From: Maribacter sp.
GTDB taxonomy: Bacteria > Bacteroidota > Bacteroidia > Flavobacteriales > Flavobacteriaceae
Direction of reading: 5' to 3'
Length of the DNA stretch: 64,000 nucleotides
Assembly: GCA_024643345.1 (NCBI GenBank)
Contig: JAHENB010000009.1
Location: forward strand, 2,132 to 66,131
This document shows positions 17,760 to 28,274 of this stretch, piece after piece. The translations under genes were made by a program, and so were the position numbers. Under the pieces are notes generated by a model. The model did not search any database and was not told the DNA's origin. It was given only the letters and a program-made list of their open reading frames with translations. The first letter of the stretch is position 1; every line of letters begins with the position of its first letter.

Positions 17760-18206
17760 TTAAACGATGGCTTTTAAATTGGCACGAAGTCCTTCCATTA
17801 TCCCAATAATATTGTTTACTGTCTCTTTAAGATAGTGCCGTATTAGGATGTGGGGAATCCGAATGGTGGTAAATCCGTTTTTGAAAGAATGCATGGCCTC
17901 TTCAAGATCGTTCATCGCCTGTTCATGGGTCATCATATGGTATTCTGAATCAATTTCAATGTTGAGTTTTACCCTTGATATGGCGATATCTACCGATTTT
18001 TTACCGTCCCACCATTCCAGCATCGCCTTTATTCCTTCGGCCCTAAGGCCATAATACAGTTGAATGGCTTCCAATGGGGTCTGATTTTGTTCGATCAGCA
18101 GTTCAATTCGTTTTTGATGATGCGCACAGAGTTCTACACCAAAAGTATCCATTGAATTTCTGTGATCGAGATAGCTTAGCTCTTTGTTACATTCTAAACA
18201 TGTCAT
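17760..18206 (-). CDS. zinc-ribbon plus DUF559/Vsr-like endonuclease-fold protein
   Basis: 148 aa. The N-terminus is CLECN...CAHH. SVDIAISRVKLNIEIDSEYH...GFTTIRIPH follows the DUF559 pattern (vDF...klviEvDG..H...vlRf). Confidence 0.5.
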   Translation of the reverse strand: MTCLECNKELSYLDHRNSMDTFGVELCAHHQKRIELLIEQNQTPLEAIQLYYGLRAEGIKAMLEWWDGKKSVDIAISRVKLNIEIDSEYHMMTHEQAMNDLEEAMHSFKNGFTTIRIPHILIRHYLKETVNNIIGIMEGLRANLKAIV

Positions 18207-18463
18207 TGATTAAGTACATTTTTAATTCCCGAAAAGGTCGGGCGGGGGATTTTTGATTTGGTTCGATTTGGGATAATTATAACCCAACAATTCATGGTTT
18301 ATTATAAAGCTTCGATGTACGACACCCAAAATTTAGACAAACGACATTTTTTTAGATGAAATGCACCTTTTGTGCGAAATGTTTAAGCATCTTTTTTTGA
18401 GATTCACTGAAGTTCTGCCCATAACCCCATATATTTACTTGCATTCGACCATTGACTCTATTT

Positions 18464-19657
18464 ATGTTTAAAAAAATGGGCCCAGGGGTATTGGTAGCCG
18501 CGGCCTTTATTGGTCCGGGAACGGTAACCGCATGCACCCTTGCAGGGGTTGGTTTCGGTTATGACCTTTTGTGGGCCATGCTTTTTAGTATTGTGGCCAC
18601 GCTCGTATTGCAGGAAATGGCCGCCCGGTTGGGGGTAGTGACCCAGAATGGTTTAGCGGACGTCATTAAAAATGAATTGCGCACGCCATTGCTTCGCAAA
18701 TTGTTCATAGGAATGATCCTTGCGGCCATTGTACTGGGGAACACGGCCTATGAAGGGGGCAATATAGGCGGGGCCACCTTAGGTTTGGTGGCCATTTTTG
18801 GTGACGAATTTAGCTTTTGGTACCCCTATATTGTTGGTGCTTTGGCCTTTGTAATCCTATTTCTAGGCAACTATAAAGTACTGGAAAAAGTTTTTATGGG
18901 CTTGGTTTTGGCAATGAGCCTCTCATTTATGATCACAGCGTTCATTACCCGTCCCAACCTCGGGAGCATGCTCAAGGGAATGTTGGTCCCTAATTTGCCG
19001 GAAGGCAGTATTTTAACGGTGATTGCTTTGATCGGAACCACCGTGGTTCCCTATAACCTATTTCTTCACGCGTCTTTGGTTCGTGAAAAATGGAAATCGA
19101 AGGAAGACTTAAAATTAGCAAAAAGTGATACCATCATTTCGATTGTGCTAGGGGGTATGGTTTCAATGGCCATTATTATTGCGGCCGCGGCCATTCCGGG
19201 ACAAGGGGTAGATAACGTGATGGACCTGGCCAAGGGCCTTGAACCGCTTTATGGACAGGCCGCGCAATATTTTATGGGCATGGGACTGTTCGCAGCGGGT
19301 GTAACTTCGGCAATTACAGCGCCTCTGGCTGCGGCCTATGTGGCCAATAGCTGTTTCGGATGGAAAGCCGGACTAAAGGATTTGAAATTTAAATCGGTAT
19401 GGATAGGAATACTCCTTTTAGGAGTACTCTCTATGTCTTTTGGCATTAAACCCATTGAGATCATCAAATTTGCGCAGGTGGCCAATGGGCTGTTATTGCC
19501 CATTATTGCTGTATTCCTCATATGGGTGGTGAACCGAACTTCGCTCATGGGCGTTTACAAAAACAGCATCACACAAAATGTATTGGGCATCCTGATTTTA
19601 TTGTTGACGCTGATTCTGGGTTTCAAAACCATCTTTTCGGTGATAGGCCTATTTTGA
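18464..19657 (+). CDS. Nramp-family divalent metal transporter
   Basis: Polytopic ORF; the track starts at TTG 18452. I prefer the ATG at 18464 (MFKKMGPGVLVAAAFIGPGTVTAC). It is Nramp/MntH-like over its whole length. Confidence 0.85.
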   Translation: MFKKMGPGVLVAAAFIGPGTVTACTLAGVGFGYDLLWAMLFSIVATLVLQEMAARLGVVTQNGLADVIKNELRTPLLRKLFIGMILAAIVLGNTAYEGGNIGGATLGLVAIFGDEFSFWYPYIVGALAFVILFLGNYKVLEKVFMGLVLAMSLSFMITAFITRPNLGSMLKGMLVPNLPEGSILTVIALIGTTVVPYNLFLHASLVREKWKSKEDLKLAKSDTIISIVLGGMVSMAIIIAAAAIPGQGVDNVMDLAKGLEPLYGQAAQYFMGMGLFAAGVTSAITAPLAAAYVANSCFGWKAGLKDLKFKSVWIGILLLGVLSMSFGIKPIEIIKFAQVANGLLLPIIAVFLIWVVNRTSLMGVYKNSITQNVLGILILLLTLILGFKTIFSVIGLF

Positions 19658-19689
19658 CAGGGCCTAAGCAGTGTATTACCTATTGGGAA

Positions 19690-20574
19690 TTATTCAAAAA
19701 GATCGGAAGATAGATACCGATCCCCTCGATCGCAAACTATGGAAACGATAACGCCACTATCCAGGGTTTCGGCCAAGCGAAGGGCGGCTGCGGTGGCTCC
19801 GCCACTGCTCATTCCGGCAAAGATGCCTTCTTCCTTGGCCAGACGTTTTGCCATTTCTTTAGATTCTTCTTGGCTTACTTCCATCACTTTATCGACCTTT
19901 CTGGCATCAAATATTTTGGGCAGATATTCCTTCGGCCATTTTCGGATTCCAGGGATACTAGAGCCATCGGTGGGTTGTACCCCTACAATTTGTATGTTGC
20001 CATTCATCTCCTTTAAATAGGTAGAAGTGCCCATAATTGTGCCCGTGGTGCCCATCGAAGATACGAAATGAGTTACGCTACCTTTGGTATCCCTCCATAT
20101 TTCCGGACCAGTGGTTTTCTGATGGGCTTTCCAATTATCATCGTTGGCAAACTGATTGATCATAATGAACCCTTCGTTTCTCACTTTCGCCTCCGCATAA
20201 TCCCTAGCCCCTTCAATACCTATATCCGATGGACTCAAGGTTACTTTTGCCCCATAGGCTTTCATGGTCTGAACCCTTTCCTTGGTACTATTTTCGGGCA
20301 TAACCAGTTCTATGTTCAATCCATAGATTCCAGCGATCATCGCAAGGGCAATTCCTGTATTACCGCTAGTGGCCTCGATCAATTTGGCATTTTTGTCAAA
20401 ATCGCCCCGCTCAAGTCCGCTTCTGATCATGTTCAATGCGGCCCTATCTTTTACGCTACCCCCTGGATTATGACCTTCCAGTTTAAAATAGAGCTCAACA
20501 TTAGGGTTTTGGTTCAGGGCACGTGATGCGACCAGTGGCGTATTGCCAATAAGTTCCAATAATTTAAACGGCAT
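19690..20574 (-). CDS. cysteine synthase (CysK/CysM family)
   Basis: 294 aa. It carries GNTPLV, the PLP lysine in [16 protein letters not shown], and [10 protein letters not shown]. It overlaps cysE by 11 nt. Confidence 0.92.
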   Translation of the reverse strand: MPFKLLELIGNTPLVASRALNQNPNVELYFKLEGHNPGGSVKDRAALNMIRSGLERGDFDKNAKLIEATSGNTGIALAMIAGIYGLNIELVMPENSTKERVQTMKAYGAKVTLSPSDIGIEGARDYAEAKVRNEGFIMINQFANDDNWKAHQKTTGPEIWRDTKGSVTHFVSSMGTTGTIMGTSTYLKEMNGNIQIVGVQPTDGSSIPGIRKWPKEYLPKIFDARKVDKVMEVSQEESKEMAKRLAKEEGIFAGMSSGGATAAALRLAETLDSGVIVSIVCDRGDRYLSSDLFE

Positions 20575-21358
20575 TCGATTGGGTTTTTATTTTGATTTCA
20601 GGGCTATGGAATACCGTTGAGTTTGGCGGTACCGAAGCCGTAATCCATGCATTACCACCAATCACGCTATTTTCTCCAATAACGGTTTCCCCACCTAAAA
20701 TAGTTGCATTTGCGTAAATGGTGACATTGTTTTCTATGGTGGGATGACGTTTTGTCTCCCTTAGATTTTTTGCGACATACAACGCTCCTAAGGTAACCCC
20801 TTGATATATCTTCACATTGTCTTTAATGATTGCCGTTTCTCCTATGACCACCCCCGTTGCATGATCGATGAAGAACGATTTTCCAATTTGGGCCCCTGGA
20901 TTGATATCAACTCCGGTCTGCCTATGGGCATATTCGGTCATCAGCCTTGGTACCATTGGAAAACCTTTGGCGTATAATTCATGAGCTAAGCGATAAATGG
21001 CAATGGCATAGAACCCCGGGTAGGCCATATACACTTCTTCAATGGATAAGGATGCCGGGTCGCAACTTACAATGGCTTCGGCATCGAGGTTTAATTTTTC
21101 CAAAATATCAGGAAGCTTTACCACATAGTTTTCCCAAATCTTGGCACAAGGCTTTTCGGTTTCCCAACAGGCAAGCTCAACCAATTCGTCAAATTGTTCT
21201 TCAAGTAAATCGAGATTCCAGGCCACAGGGGTATCGCTATCAAACAGGGTGTAGAAAAGCTTATTGGTAAAACCTTCTACCTTCTCCTTTAGTTCGAACC
21301 TAAGGTTAGGCTGCTTTTTGTGTTCCATGATCTTTTTAATGATCTCTTGTTTATCCAT
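20564..21358 (-). CDS. cysE: serine O-acetyltransferase
   Basis: 264 aa. It has hexapeptide repeats ([23 protein letters not shown]...IGGNAWI) and is coupled to the cysteine synthase gene. Confidence 0.9.
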   Translation of the reverse strand: MDKQEIIKKIMEHKKQPNLRFELKEKVEGFTNKLFYTLFDSDTPVAWNLDLLEEQFDELVELACWETEKPCAKIWENYVVKLPDILEKLNLDAEAIVSCDPASLSIEEVYMAYPGFYAIAIYRLAHELYAKGFPMVPRLMTEYAHRQTGVDINPGAQIGKSFFIDHATGVVIGETAIIKDNVKIYQGVTLGALYVAKNLRETKRHPTIENNVTIYANATILGGETVIGENSVIGGNAWITASVPPNSTVFHSPEIKIKTQSNAV

Positions 21359-21377
21359 ATGCTACTATTAACAGTTT

Positions 21378-21385
21378 CAAATTTA
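21378..21385 (-). promoter_or_regulatory. candidate -7 box TAAATTTG for cysE
   Basis: The reverse complement of CAAATTTA matches the Bacteroidota sigma-A -7 consensus TAnnTTTG, 20 nt upstream of the cysE ATG. Confidence 0.35.
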
Positions 21386-21470
21386 GAAATAAATGCCGGA
21401 GTACTTGGTTGTAAATGGTTAACTTTAGCATAAAATACGACCCTTAAGCCGGGTCACAAAGCTTTGTCGG

Positions 21471-22148
21471 ATGGATCAAGACATCATTACGCAGTCTGTG
21501 TTTGATTTTCTAATGGACTTAGAGAAAAACAATAATCGCGAATGGTTTGCCCAGCACAAAAAAGAATTTAAGGAAGTGGAAAACCAGACCAAAAAGGTCT
21601 TTACCGCTATTGCCGAAAAAATGAAGGCGCATGATGAGATCGAACGGTTAAAATTTTTTAGGATTTACCGGGATGTGCGTTTTTCAAATGACAAGACCCC
21701 TTATAAAATCAATTTCTCCAGTTCAATGACCCGTGCCGGGTCACATCGAAGAGGGGGTTACTATATGCACATACAACCCAAAGGCAGTTTTATGGCAGCG
21801 GGTTTTTGGGAACCCTCTAAGGAAGATCTTTTTCGGATTAGAAAGGAATGGGAACAAGATGCTGACGAACTTAGACATATCATCGGAAATAAAGCGTTCA
21901 AGGCCACATGGGGCGATTTAGTGGGAGATGCCGTAAAGACGGCCCCGAAGGGATTCGATAAAAACCATCCCAATATAGACCTGATCAAACGGAAGCAGTT
22001 TATTTTTGTCAAGAATTTTACGGATCAGGAGGTTTTGGCCAAGCGTTTTCCAGAGCAGGTGAACCAGGGATTCAAAACGATAAGACCTTATTTTGATTTG
22101 ATGAGCAATGTACTGACAACCAATTTAAACGGAGAGTCTTTGCTGTGA
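21471..22148 (+). CDS. DUF2461 (TIGR02453) family protein
   Basis: 225 aa. The motifs NNNREWF...FRIYRDVRFSNDKTPYK are characteristic of the family. Confidence 0.85.
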   Translation: MDQDIITQSVFDFLMDLEKNNNREWFAQHKKEFKEVENQTKKVFTAIAEKMKAHDEIERLKFFRIYRDVRFSNDKTPYKINFSSSMTRAGSHRRGGYYMHIQPKGSFMAAGFWEPSKEDLFRIRKEWEQDADELRHIIGNKAFKATWGDLVGDAVKTAPKGFDKNHPNIDLIKRKQFIFVKNFTDQEVLAKRFPEQVNQGFKTIRPYFDLMSNVLTTNLNGESLL

Positions 22149-22237
22149 CAGCGGATCGGAAATGGTTCAGAAGCTTTAAATTCATGTTTACGGCAAGCCA
22201 TGAATGCAGCTAAAGTCAATATCATCAGCATAAAAGG

Positions 22238-22266
22238 AAAAAAACCCATAACAAACTGCTATGGGT
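22238..22266 (-). terminator. intrinsic terminator of the beta-propeller gene
   Basis: On the minus strand, ACCCATA-9 nt-TATGGGT is followed by T7. It lies 69 nt downstream of the stop at 22335. Confidence 0.6.
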
Positions 22267-22334
22267 CGAATATCTTTCGAAAATGCCGCATTTCAGATGG
22301 ATGTTAGCGTGCTCTTGCAGTATAACATATTATT

Positions 22335-24284
22335 TTATCTGGCATCGTAGGAAGTCAGTGCTTTGTCTGTGACCCGATAGTAAACTTGCCCTGTGATATC
22401 GTCAACTGCGTATATGGGCTCACGATCTCTGCCAAGATTGATCTCGCCCTCAACTTTACCGGTCAACTTGCTTATTTTAAACAGTACCACATCCTTATCC
22501 TTTTTAGACATGATAAACATATAGTCCTTGCCGGTTTGGGTGGCCTTCATTCGGTCATTTGCCCTTTTAAATGCAGTTCGGGAATAACTTGAGGCGGTAT
22601 TGCCCAATTCGCCATAAGCTTGTCCGACCTGGTTTACCATGGCTCCTGCAATCGCATCTTCATCCTGTATCTCATTGGCAGCCGCAGACATAGCACCGGA
22701 GACGTAATAGGAGGCAGCACTTATATAAGCGGCCCTAACGGCATCGGCATACAGCAAGGCGCGTTTCCATCCTGGTTCGCGTGGCGCTTCATAATATTCC
22801 ATAAACTGTAGGCTGCCATCAAAATTAATTTTGGCCACATTTTGGTCGGAATATAGAAAGATGCCATCCTCCATCACTTCCAGTCTTTTAGGGGATTCTC
22901 TTCCTTGAAACGCCAATTCTGTCTGTGATAGGTCCTTTACGATTTCGGTGGTCATATCGACCTCTTTTAACAAACCCTGCTGATAATCGAAGGCGTAAAT
23001 CTTTCCCTGGTATTCCGCAGTAAGATCTGGACTCGTTTGTATGCTCTTTTTCCATTTTAAGGTACCCGTGTTCGAATCCAATATGTTCATCGATTCTGTG
23101 GTGATGTATAGAATGGAACCGTTAAGCGGAACAATGCCAACCACATTTCCATCTACCTTCACAGGTTCCTCAAAAGCAATTGTACCTGTTGTTGGATCTA
23201 GATAATTCAGATAATTTTTATTGGCTGTACCTGAAACCAATAAGATTCCTTTTCCTGTGTCGAGGTAGTCATATATTCCCCCCTTGATGACCAATCCGCG
23301 GCCTTTCTTTCCCCAAAGCCCTTCACGGGAACTGTAATCAAATAGGTTTATTTTGGTTCTGTTGCCATCGTCGGGCAATACCAGGATGCCATTATTCAAA
23401 AACGCCACATGGCCCAATGCCCCTTTTACCTCCAAATCGTCTTCCCAAACAAGACCGCCATCGCTGATTCGGTAGGCATTGTAGTTGTTGGTATAATTCA
23501 CTGTTGTATTTCCCGAGGAAGTGGTCATTGCCGATTGCTGTTCTTGTTGTGATGCCAGATAAAAAACATCGCTATTATCGGGTCGGTAGAATCTGAGATC
23601 AATATCGATATCTTTTGCCATGTTCTCCGCCGCTGCCTTTAGAAGAGCGCCAAAAGCGCCCATCTTTTCCGTTTGGGCCGCTTCTTTGGAATTGGCTTGC
23701 TTCCAAATGATATCCCCTGAACCGGCATTGAGCTTATAGTTATTGAACAATGTTACGATCAGCAATTCATTGTTGCCGAGTTCATTGGCGGCTATGATTC
23801 GCCCAAACTTTTCGTTCATTGCCCAGGAAATGGTTCCATCGGACATTTTTACGGAGACTACCTTGGGCTCATCGTTGGGAGTAGTTCCCGCTACCAGGAT
23901 GGCATCTGAATTATATAACAGGAAGTAACCACTGATATCCAATAATCCCGCATCGTAAGAATTAAATACTTCTTTACCACTAAATTGATCTATTAAATGC
24001 AGTGTTCGGTCTGTTGTGATGGTAAAAAATGGGCTATTGGGAAGTTCTTCATACGATTGCCTGCCCAAATTGGACAGCGACCGAATGCTCCAATTGACTT
24101 CGCCGGTATCTGTATCGATGCCCATAAGGGCATCGGAAGAGCTGACAATAAGATTCCCTAAGGCAGTTACCTCTTGCCACTGAATGTCATTTGGCAATTG
24201 CTTGTTCCATTTTAATTCCATTTGCCCAAAATGGCTTAGTGGAATAATCAGAAATAAGATAAAAAGTGATCTAAAACCGGTCAT
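22335..24284 (-). CDS. PQQ-like beta-propeller repeat protein, secreted
   Basis: The track ORF starts at 24422. The ATG at 24284 gives signal peptide MTGFRSLFILFLIIPLSHFGQ. It has recurring G-x-(I/V/L)-x-W blades (GEVNWS, GTISWA, GDIIWK, GGLVWE, GTLKWK). Confidence 0.75.
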   Translation of the reverse strand: MTGFRSLFILFLIIPLSHFGQMELKWNKQLPNDIQWQEVTALGNLIVSSSDALMGIDTDTGEVNWSIRSLSNLGRQSYEELPNSPFFTITTDRTLHLIDQFSGKEVFNSYDAGLLDISGYFLLYNSDAILVAGTTPNDEPKVVSVKMSDGTISWAMNEKFGRIIAANELGNNELLIVTLFNNYKLNAGSGDIIWKQANSKEAAQTEKMGAFGALLKAAAENMAKDIDIDLRFYRPDNSDVFYLASQQEQQSAMTTSSGNTTVNYTNNYNAYRISDGGLVWEDDLEVKGALGHVAFLNNGILVLPDDGNRTKINLFDYSSREGLWGKKGRGLVIKGGIYDYLDTGKGILLVSGTANKNYLNYLDPTTGTIAFEEPVKVDGNVVGIVPLNGSILYITTESMNILDSNTGTLKWKKSIQTSPDLTAEYQGKIYAFDYQQGLLKEVDMTTEIVKDLSQTELAFQGRESPKRLEVMEDGIFLYSDQNVAKINFDGSLQFMEYYEAPREPGWKRALLYADAVRAAYISAASYYVSGAMSAAANEIQDEDAIAGAMVNQVGQAYGELGNTASSYSRTAFKRANDRMKATQTGKDYMFIMSKKDKDVVLFKISKLTGKVEGEINLGRDREPIYAVDDITGQVYYRVTDKALTSYDAR

Positions 24285-24642
24285 AATATAGAATTTTGTC
24301 GAATTATAACGAATAAATAAGCGGTTTAGTGCCAGAGGATCTGGGTTTGTCCGAAGGATAAGAAGCAAAACAAACTTCCATATATTGTTCGGTTTAAGAA
24401 GTTGTAAGTCTTTGTTTGCCAATTATAACCGTATTGCATAAGAACAAAAGAAGCTGAACTCGCTCAAATGGGCATTGTTTCCATTCTATGAAGCGTATTG
24501 GAGCATTGCGATGAAGTACCAAGGATAAGCAAGCATTGACCACAATGGCCAACATTTCAAGTTGATGACGTAAAAACCTTTGGAGCTTTCCATAAAAACA
24601 GTAGGGTAGCCCCAAAGGTAGGTTCCAAAAAAGTATGATGGT

Positions 24643-25443
24643 TTATGCCCCTTCCCCGAACATCAAGAGTACAAATTCGGCAGGCTCATCAAAAGGATTC
24701 AAAACCTCATGGGTCATTCCCGGGGGAATAAAAAACGCATTACCTGCTTCAATTTCATAATCTACCTCGTTGAGTCGTGCAACAACTTTCCCTTTTGTTA
24801 AAATGATCATCGAAGAAAATGGATTCGATTTGGAAAGTGGGTGTTCATTGGCATGTTGTCCGGGATGAAGAAAACCATATCCTGTTCTTAATCCGGTATC
24901 ATAATAAAAAATAGCGGCTTGGGCTCCATGTGTTCCCCTGGTATAATGTTGTCCAAAGGGAACCATCTCGGGTATTCCCTTGGTCCAAAAATGAAAGGTA
25001 AACGCCAAGACTTCCCCAACAAATTCCTCGCTGGGTTGAAATCCATCCATCACTTCAATGTCCAACGGTGCATAATCTGTTGAAAATGCCTTGACACCTG
25101 CGGTAAGTGCATTCATCTTTCCTTGATCGAGTTCCTTTAAGGTTCTAAGGTTGGTTACAAAATAAAAGGTGGGTGCATTGGGTTGACCTTTTGCAACCAC
25201 TACTTGAGAAGGCCCCTTATCGGACGCCATCGTAGCATTAATATGCCACATTTCCTTATCCACCTCCACCCCGAATGATCGATCGGACTTGAACGTAAGA
25301 TCACTGTTATAATCCTTTGCGAAGGTTTCAAGAATTGTTTTGATCTGGGCATCTTGCGCAAGCGTTACTTTAAGACTGCCAAGAATTAGCAAGGTAGAAA
25401 GCGTTAGAAAAATACGTTTTTGATTTTTAATGATTGTTTTCAT
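24643..25443 (-). CDS. cupin-domain protein, secreted
   Basis: 266 aa with a signal peptide. The C-terminal cupin strand motif is GNAFFIPPGMTHEVLN. Confidence 0.75.
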   Translation of the reverse strand: MKTIIKNQKRIFLTLSTLLILGSLKVTLAQDAQIKTILETFAKDYNSDLTFKSDRSFGVEVDKEMWHINATMASDKGPSQVVVAKGQPNAPTFYFVTNLRTLKELDQGKMNALTAGVKAFSTDYAPLDIEVMDGFQPSEEFVGEVLAFTFHFWTKGIPEMVPFGQHYTRGTHGAQAAIFYYDTGLRTGYGFLHPGQHANEHPLSKSNPFSSMIILTKGKVVARLNEVDYEIEAGNAFFIPPGMTHEVLNPFDEPAEFVLLMFGEGA

Positions 25444-25558
25444 TTTTACAGATTTTTTGATTCAATAAAATGACGAATCAAAAACCAAAATCGTTACAGT
25501 AAGTAGCTGGATATTGGGCTTTTAGGGATGAAACCCATAGAATTAGGGATAAAACAAA

Positions 25559-26416
25559 TCAATCATCGTCAGATGGTCTGGCACCATTCAGTTTTTCTAA
25601 AATAGACGACCGATTACTTTTAGAAACTTTTATAGGTTCATCGACGAAATTAAGCTTGAGCATCAAATTTCCGGATCGTTGACTGGCAGTTTCCAGATGA
25701 AATAGGTTTACGATTGAAGATCGGTTGCAACGCACAAAAAGCGGTGATTTTAAAGTATGTTCAAAATGATTCAGCGTGGCTCGGATCAGGTATTTATTAA
25801 CTTTCCCCTGTTCCAACAAAAAAAGCCCCAAATAGTTATCCTCAGATTTGATGTAAATTATTTTCTTGGGCCGGATTGCAATTTGGTCATTTTTATAATC
25901 CCCTCTCAACAGTACGATTTCGTCAAGTTGGTCCACATCCCTTGAAGTCGATACGATTTCATCGTAATTTTCGGCAACCTTCAGGTAATTAAAATAAAAT
26001 AAGGTCCCTAAAAATGGAAAGACAAGCACAGAACTTATTTCCAAAACATGTTTAAAATAACTGGACCAGTAAAAATCATGAAAATTGCCTAAAGCGTTAT
26101 AGACCAAAAAACTACTAGTTCCCATGGCCAAAAACTGATATAAAAACCAGGGTATCAGGGTCGTGAAATTGTATTTTTTGATGAAGATCGGCCGCAAAAC
26201 AAATTCATTGAAACATAAGGTCAGAAAAAGGGCGGGAACAATCCATAATATTCCTAAGACCAGTTCCAAACTTATCTTTTCGCCGGGTTGATAATTATTG
26301 ACACCGAAGGGCTGGAAAAAAAGCAGGAAAACATATATAAATAGAGCGCATACGGCCGCAATCGTTAATTTAAACGGGCGAGTATTGGGATAATTATAAG
26401 TACTTTGAATGGGCAT
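25559..26416 (-). CDS. membrane-anchored LytTR-family DNA-binding protein
   Basis: 285 aa. The N-terminal half is hydrophobic. The C-terminal part IIYIKSEDNYLGLFL...FVRCNRSSIVNL is a LytTR domain pattern. Confidence 0.8.
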   Translation of the reverse strand: MPIQSTYNYPNTRPFKLTIAAVCALFIYVFLLFFQPFGVNNYQPGEKISLELVLGILWIVPALFLTLCFNEFVLRPIFIKKYNFTTLIPWFLYQFLAMGTSSFLVYNALGNFHDFYWSSYFKHVLEISSVLVFPFLGTLFYFNYLKVAENYDEIVSTSRDVDQLDEIVLLRGDYKNDQIAIRPKKIIYIKSEDNYLGLFLLEQGKVNKYLIRATLNHFEHTLKSPLFVRCNRSSIVNLFHLETASQRSGNLMLKLNFVDEPIKVSKSNRSSILEKLNGARPSDDD

Positions 26417-26426
26417 TTTTCCATAT

Positions 26427-28148
26427 TTAGTATCCCACGGCTTTACCTTCGGGACTGCCAGAATCCGATGCCCCTATAAATACTTTGTTTTCGGCATCAT
26501 AAGTAATGCCCATCAAAAGGCCCAAACGACCCACTTCCTGAACCTTATGCCCCATCGACTCCAACGCATCCCTGGTATCGGGAGATAACAGGTCTTTTTC
26601 ATAAAAAAGGGTATCGGGCAACCATTGGTGGTGGATTTTCATCGCTTCGATTGCCCTATCGATAGGCATATCATATCCCAGGACATTGAGCACGGTTTGG
26701 AATACCGTATTGATTATGGTCCTTCCGCCCGGGCTGCCAATCACAAGATAAGGTTTGCCCCCTTTGCTCACAATTGTGGGCGTCATACTCGAAAGCATTC
26801 TTTTTTCTGGGGCAATTAGGTTGGCTTTTGTACCGATCTGTCCTGTGCTCGTTGTTACTCCCGCAACAGGGTTGAAGTCGCCCATTTCATTGTTGAAAAT
26901 GAAACCAAGTTTCGACGAACCCATAGCTACGCCATAGGATTCCTCTAAAGTATAGGTAAGCGATACCGCATTACCATCTTTATCGATTACCGACAAGTGC
27001 GTGGTATGGCTGCCTTCATAAGGTTGCCCCAACAAAGTAGAATCGCTGACAGATGCCATTTTTGGGTTGATTTGATCAAACCGCAATTTTGCATAGTCTT
27101 TTGAAAGGAGTTTGGCCAATGGCATGTCCTGATTGAAGTCTGGATCGCCTAGATATGCGGCTCGATCAGCAAAGCCCCTGCGCATGACCTCGGTTACCAA
27201 ATGCACATAGGCCGTAGAATTGAATTCAATGGACTTAAGGTCTGCCAGTTCCATAAGGTTCATCATCGCTATCAATGTGATTCCCCCTGAACTGGGCGGC
27301 GGCATGCCATAAATGGTGTAGTCTTTATAAGTGCCTTTTACGGGTTGCCGTTCCACGGCTTCATATCTTTCTAAATCGGCCTCGGTGATGATGCCTCCAT
27401 TTTCTTTCATGTAACGGGCAATTTCTTGGGCCACCACACCTTTATAAAAACCATCTTTCCCAAGATCCCTGATCAGTTCCAAAGTGGTACCGAGGCCCGG
27501 TTGTTTCCAGATTTCCCCGGGCTGTAGGGGCAACCCCTTGGTATTTAAAAAATAAGCCTTCATAAAATCAGATAAACCTTCATTGGCATTCAGCCATTGA
27601 GCGTCATGATATAGGCCCCAGGGAAAGGAAAAACCATTTTTGGCAAGTTCTATTGCCGGTTGCACTAGGGCAGCCCAAGGAAGTTTGCCATATTTTTGAT
27701 GCGCCATGTACAATCCGGCAACGGTGCCAGGCACCCCAACCGATTTAAGACCTTTATGGTCGGCATCTGCATTCAATTTTCCATTCTTGTCCTGAAACAT
27801 GTCCGACTGGGCCGCAAGCGGTGCCTTCTCCCGAAAGTCTATTGTAGTGGCCCTTCCCGATGAATCCAGATAAACTATAAACCCACCGCCACCGATATTC
27901 CCGGCCGCAGGATGGGTTACCGCCAAAGCAAAGGCGGTGGCAATACTGGCATCTACAGCGTTCCCGCCGTTTTTCAAGATAGACACTCCTACTTCGGAGG
28001 CCAGAGCGTTGTCCGACACCACCATCCCATTTTTTGAATAGGTTTGGGCTTCGGTTATGGCAAAAGGATATAATGCCATGAAGAGATATAGGTACAAGCT
28101 GATGGATGGAAAGGATGTTCGCATAATTTTATTCTGGTTTGGAATCAT
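26427..28148 (-). CDS. ggt: gamma-glutamyltransferase
   Basis: 573 aa with a signal peptide. It has the autoprocessing/nucleophile region GSHTTHLSVIDKDGNAVSLTYTLE and the GGG pocket motif SPGGRTII. Confidence 0.92.
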   Translation of the reverse strand: MIPNQNKIMRTSFPSISLYLYLFMALYPFAITEAQTYSKNGMVVSDNALASEVGVSILKNGGNAVDASIATAFALAVTHPAAGNIGGGGFIVYLDSSGRATTIDFREKAPLAAQSDMFQDKNGKLNADADHKGLKSVGVPGTVAGLYMAHQKYGKLPWAALVQPAIELAKNGFSFPWGLYHDAQWLNANEGLSDFMKAYFLNTKGLPLQPGEIWKQPGLGTTLELIRDLGKDGFYKGVVAQEIARYMKENGGIITEADLERYEAVERQPVKGTYKDYTIYGMPPPSSGGITLIAMMNLMELADLKSIEFNSTAYVHLVTEVMRRGFADRAAYLGDPDFNQDMPLAKLLSKDYAKLRFDQINPKMASVSDSTLLGQPYEGSHTTHLSVIDKDGNAVSLTYTLEESYGVAMGSSKLGFIFNNEMGDFNPVAGVTTSTGQIGTKANLIAPEKRMLSSMTPTIVSKGGKPYLVIGSPGGRTIINTVFQTVLNVLGYDMPIDRAIEAMKIHHQWLPDTLFYEKDLLSPDTRDALESMGHKVQEVGRLGLLMGITYDAENKVFIGASDSGSPEGKAVGY

Positions 28149-28274
28149 TGGACAAGATAAAATGCTATAATTGAAATCGAAGTTCCCAATGTAGCTTTAA
28201 TTTTTGAAACAATAATTGTACTTTGAGAAGAGATTCCTTTGCGAAAAGAAATTACCGTGAACGATATAGCAATG

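Noticed and set aside
24285-24422. 46-codon N-terminal extension of the beta-propeller ORF
   Set aside because: The extension has no signal-peptide character. The internal ATG at 24284 gives a textbook signal peptide.
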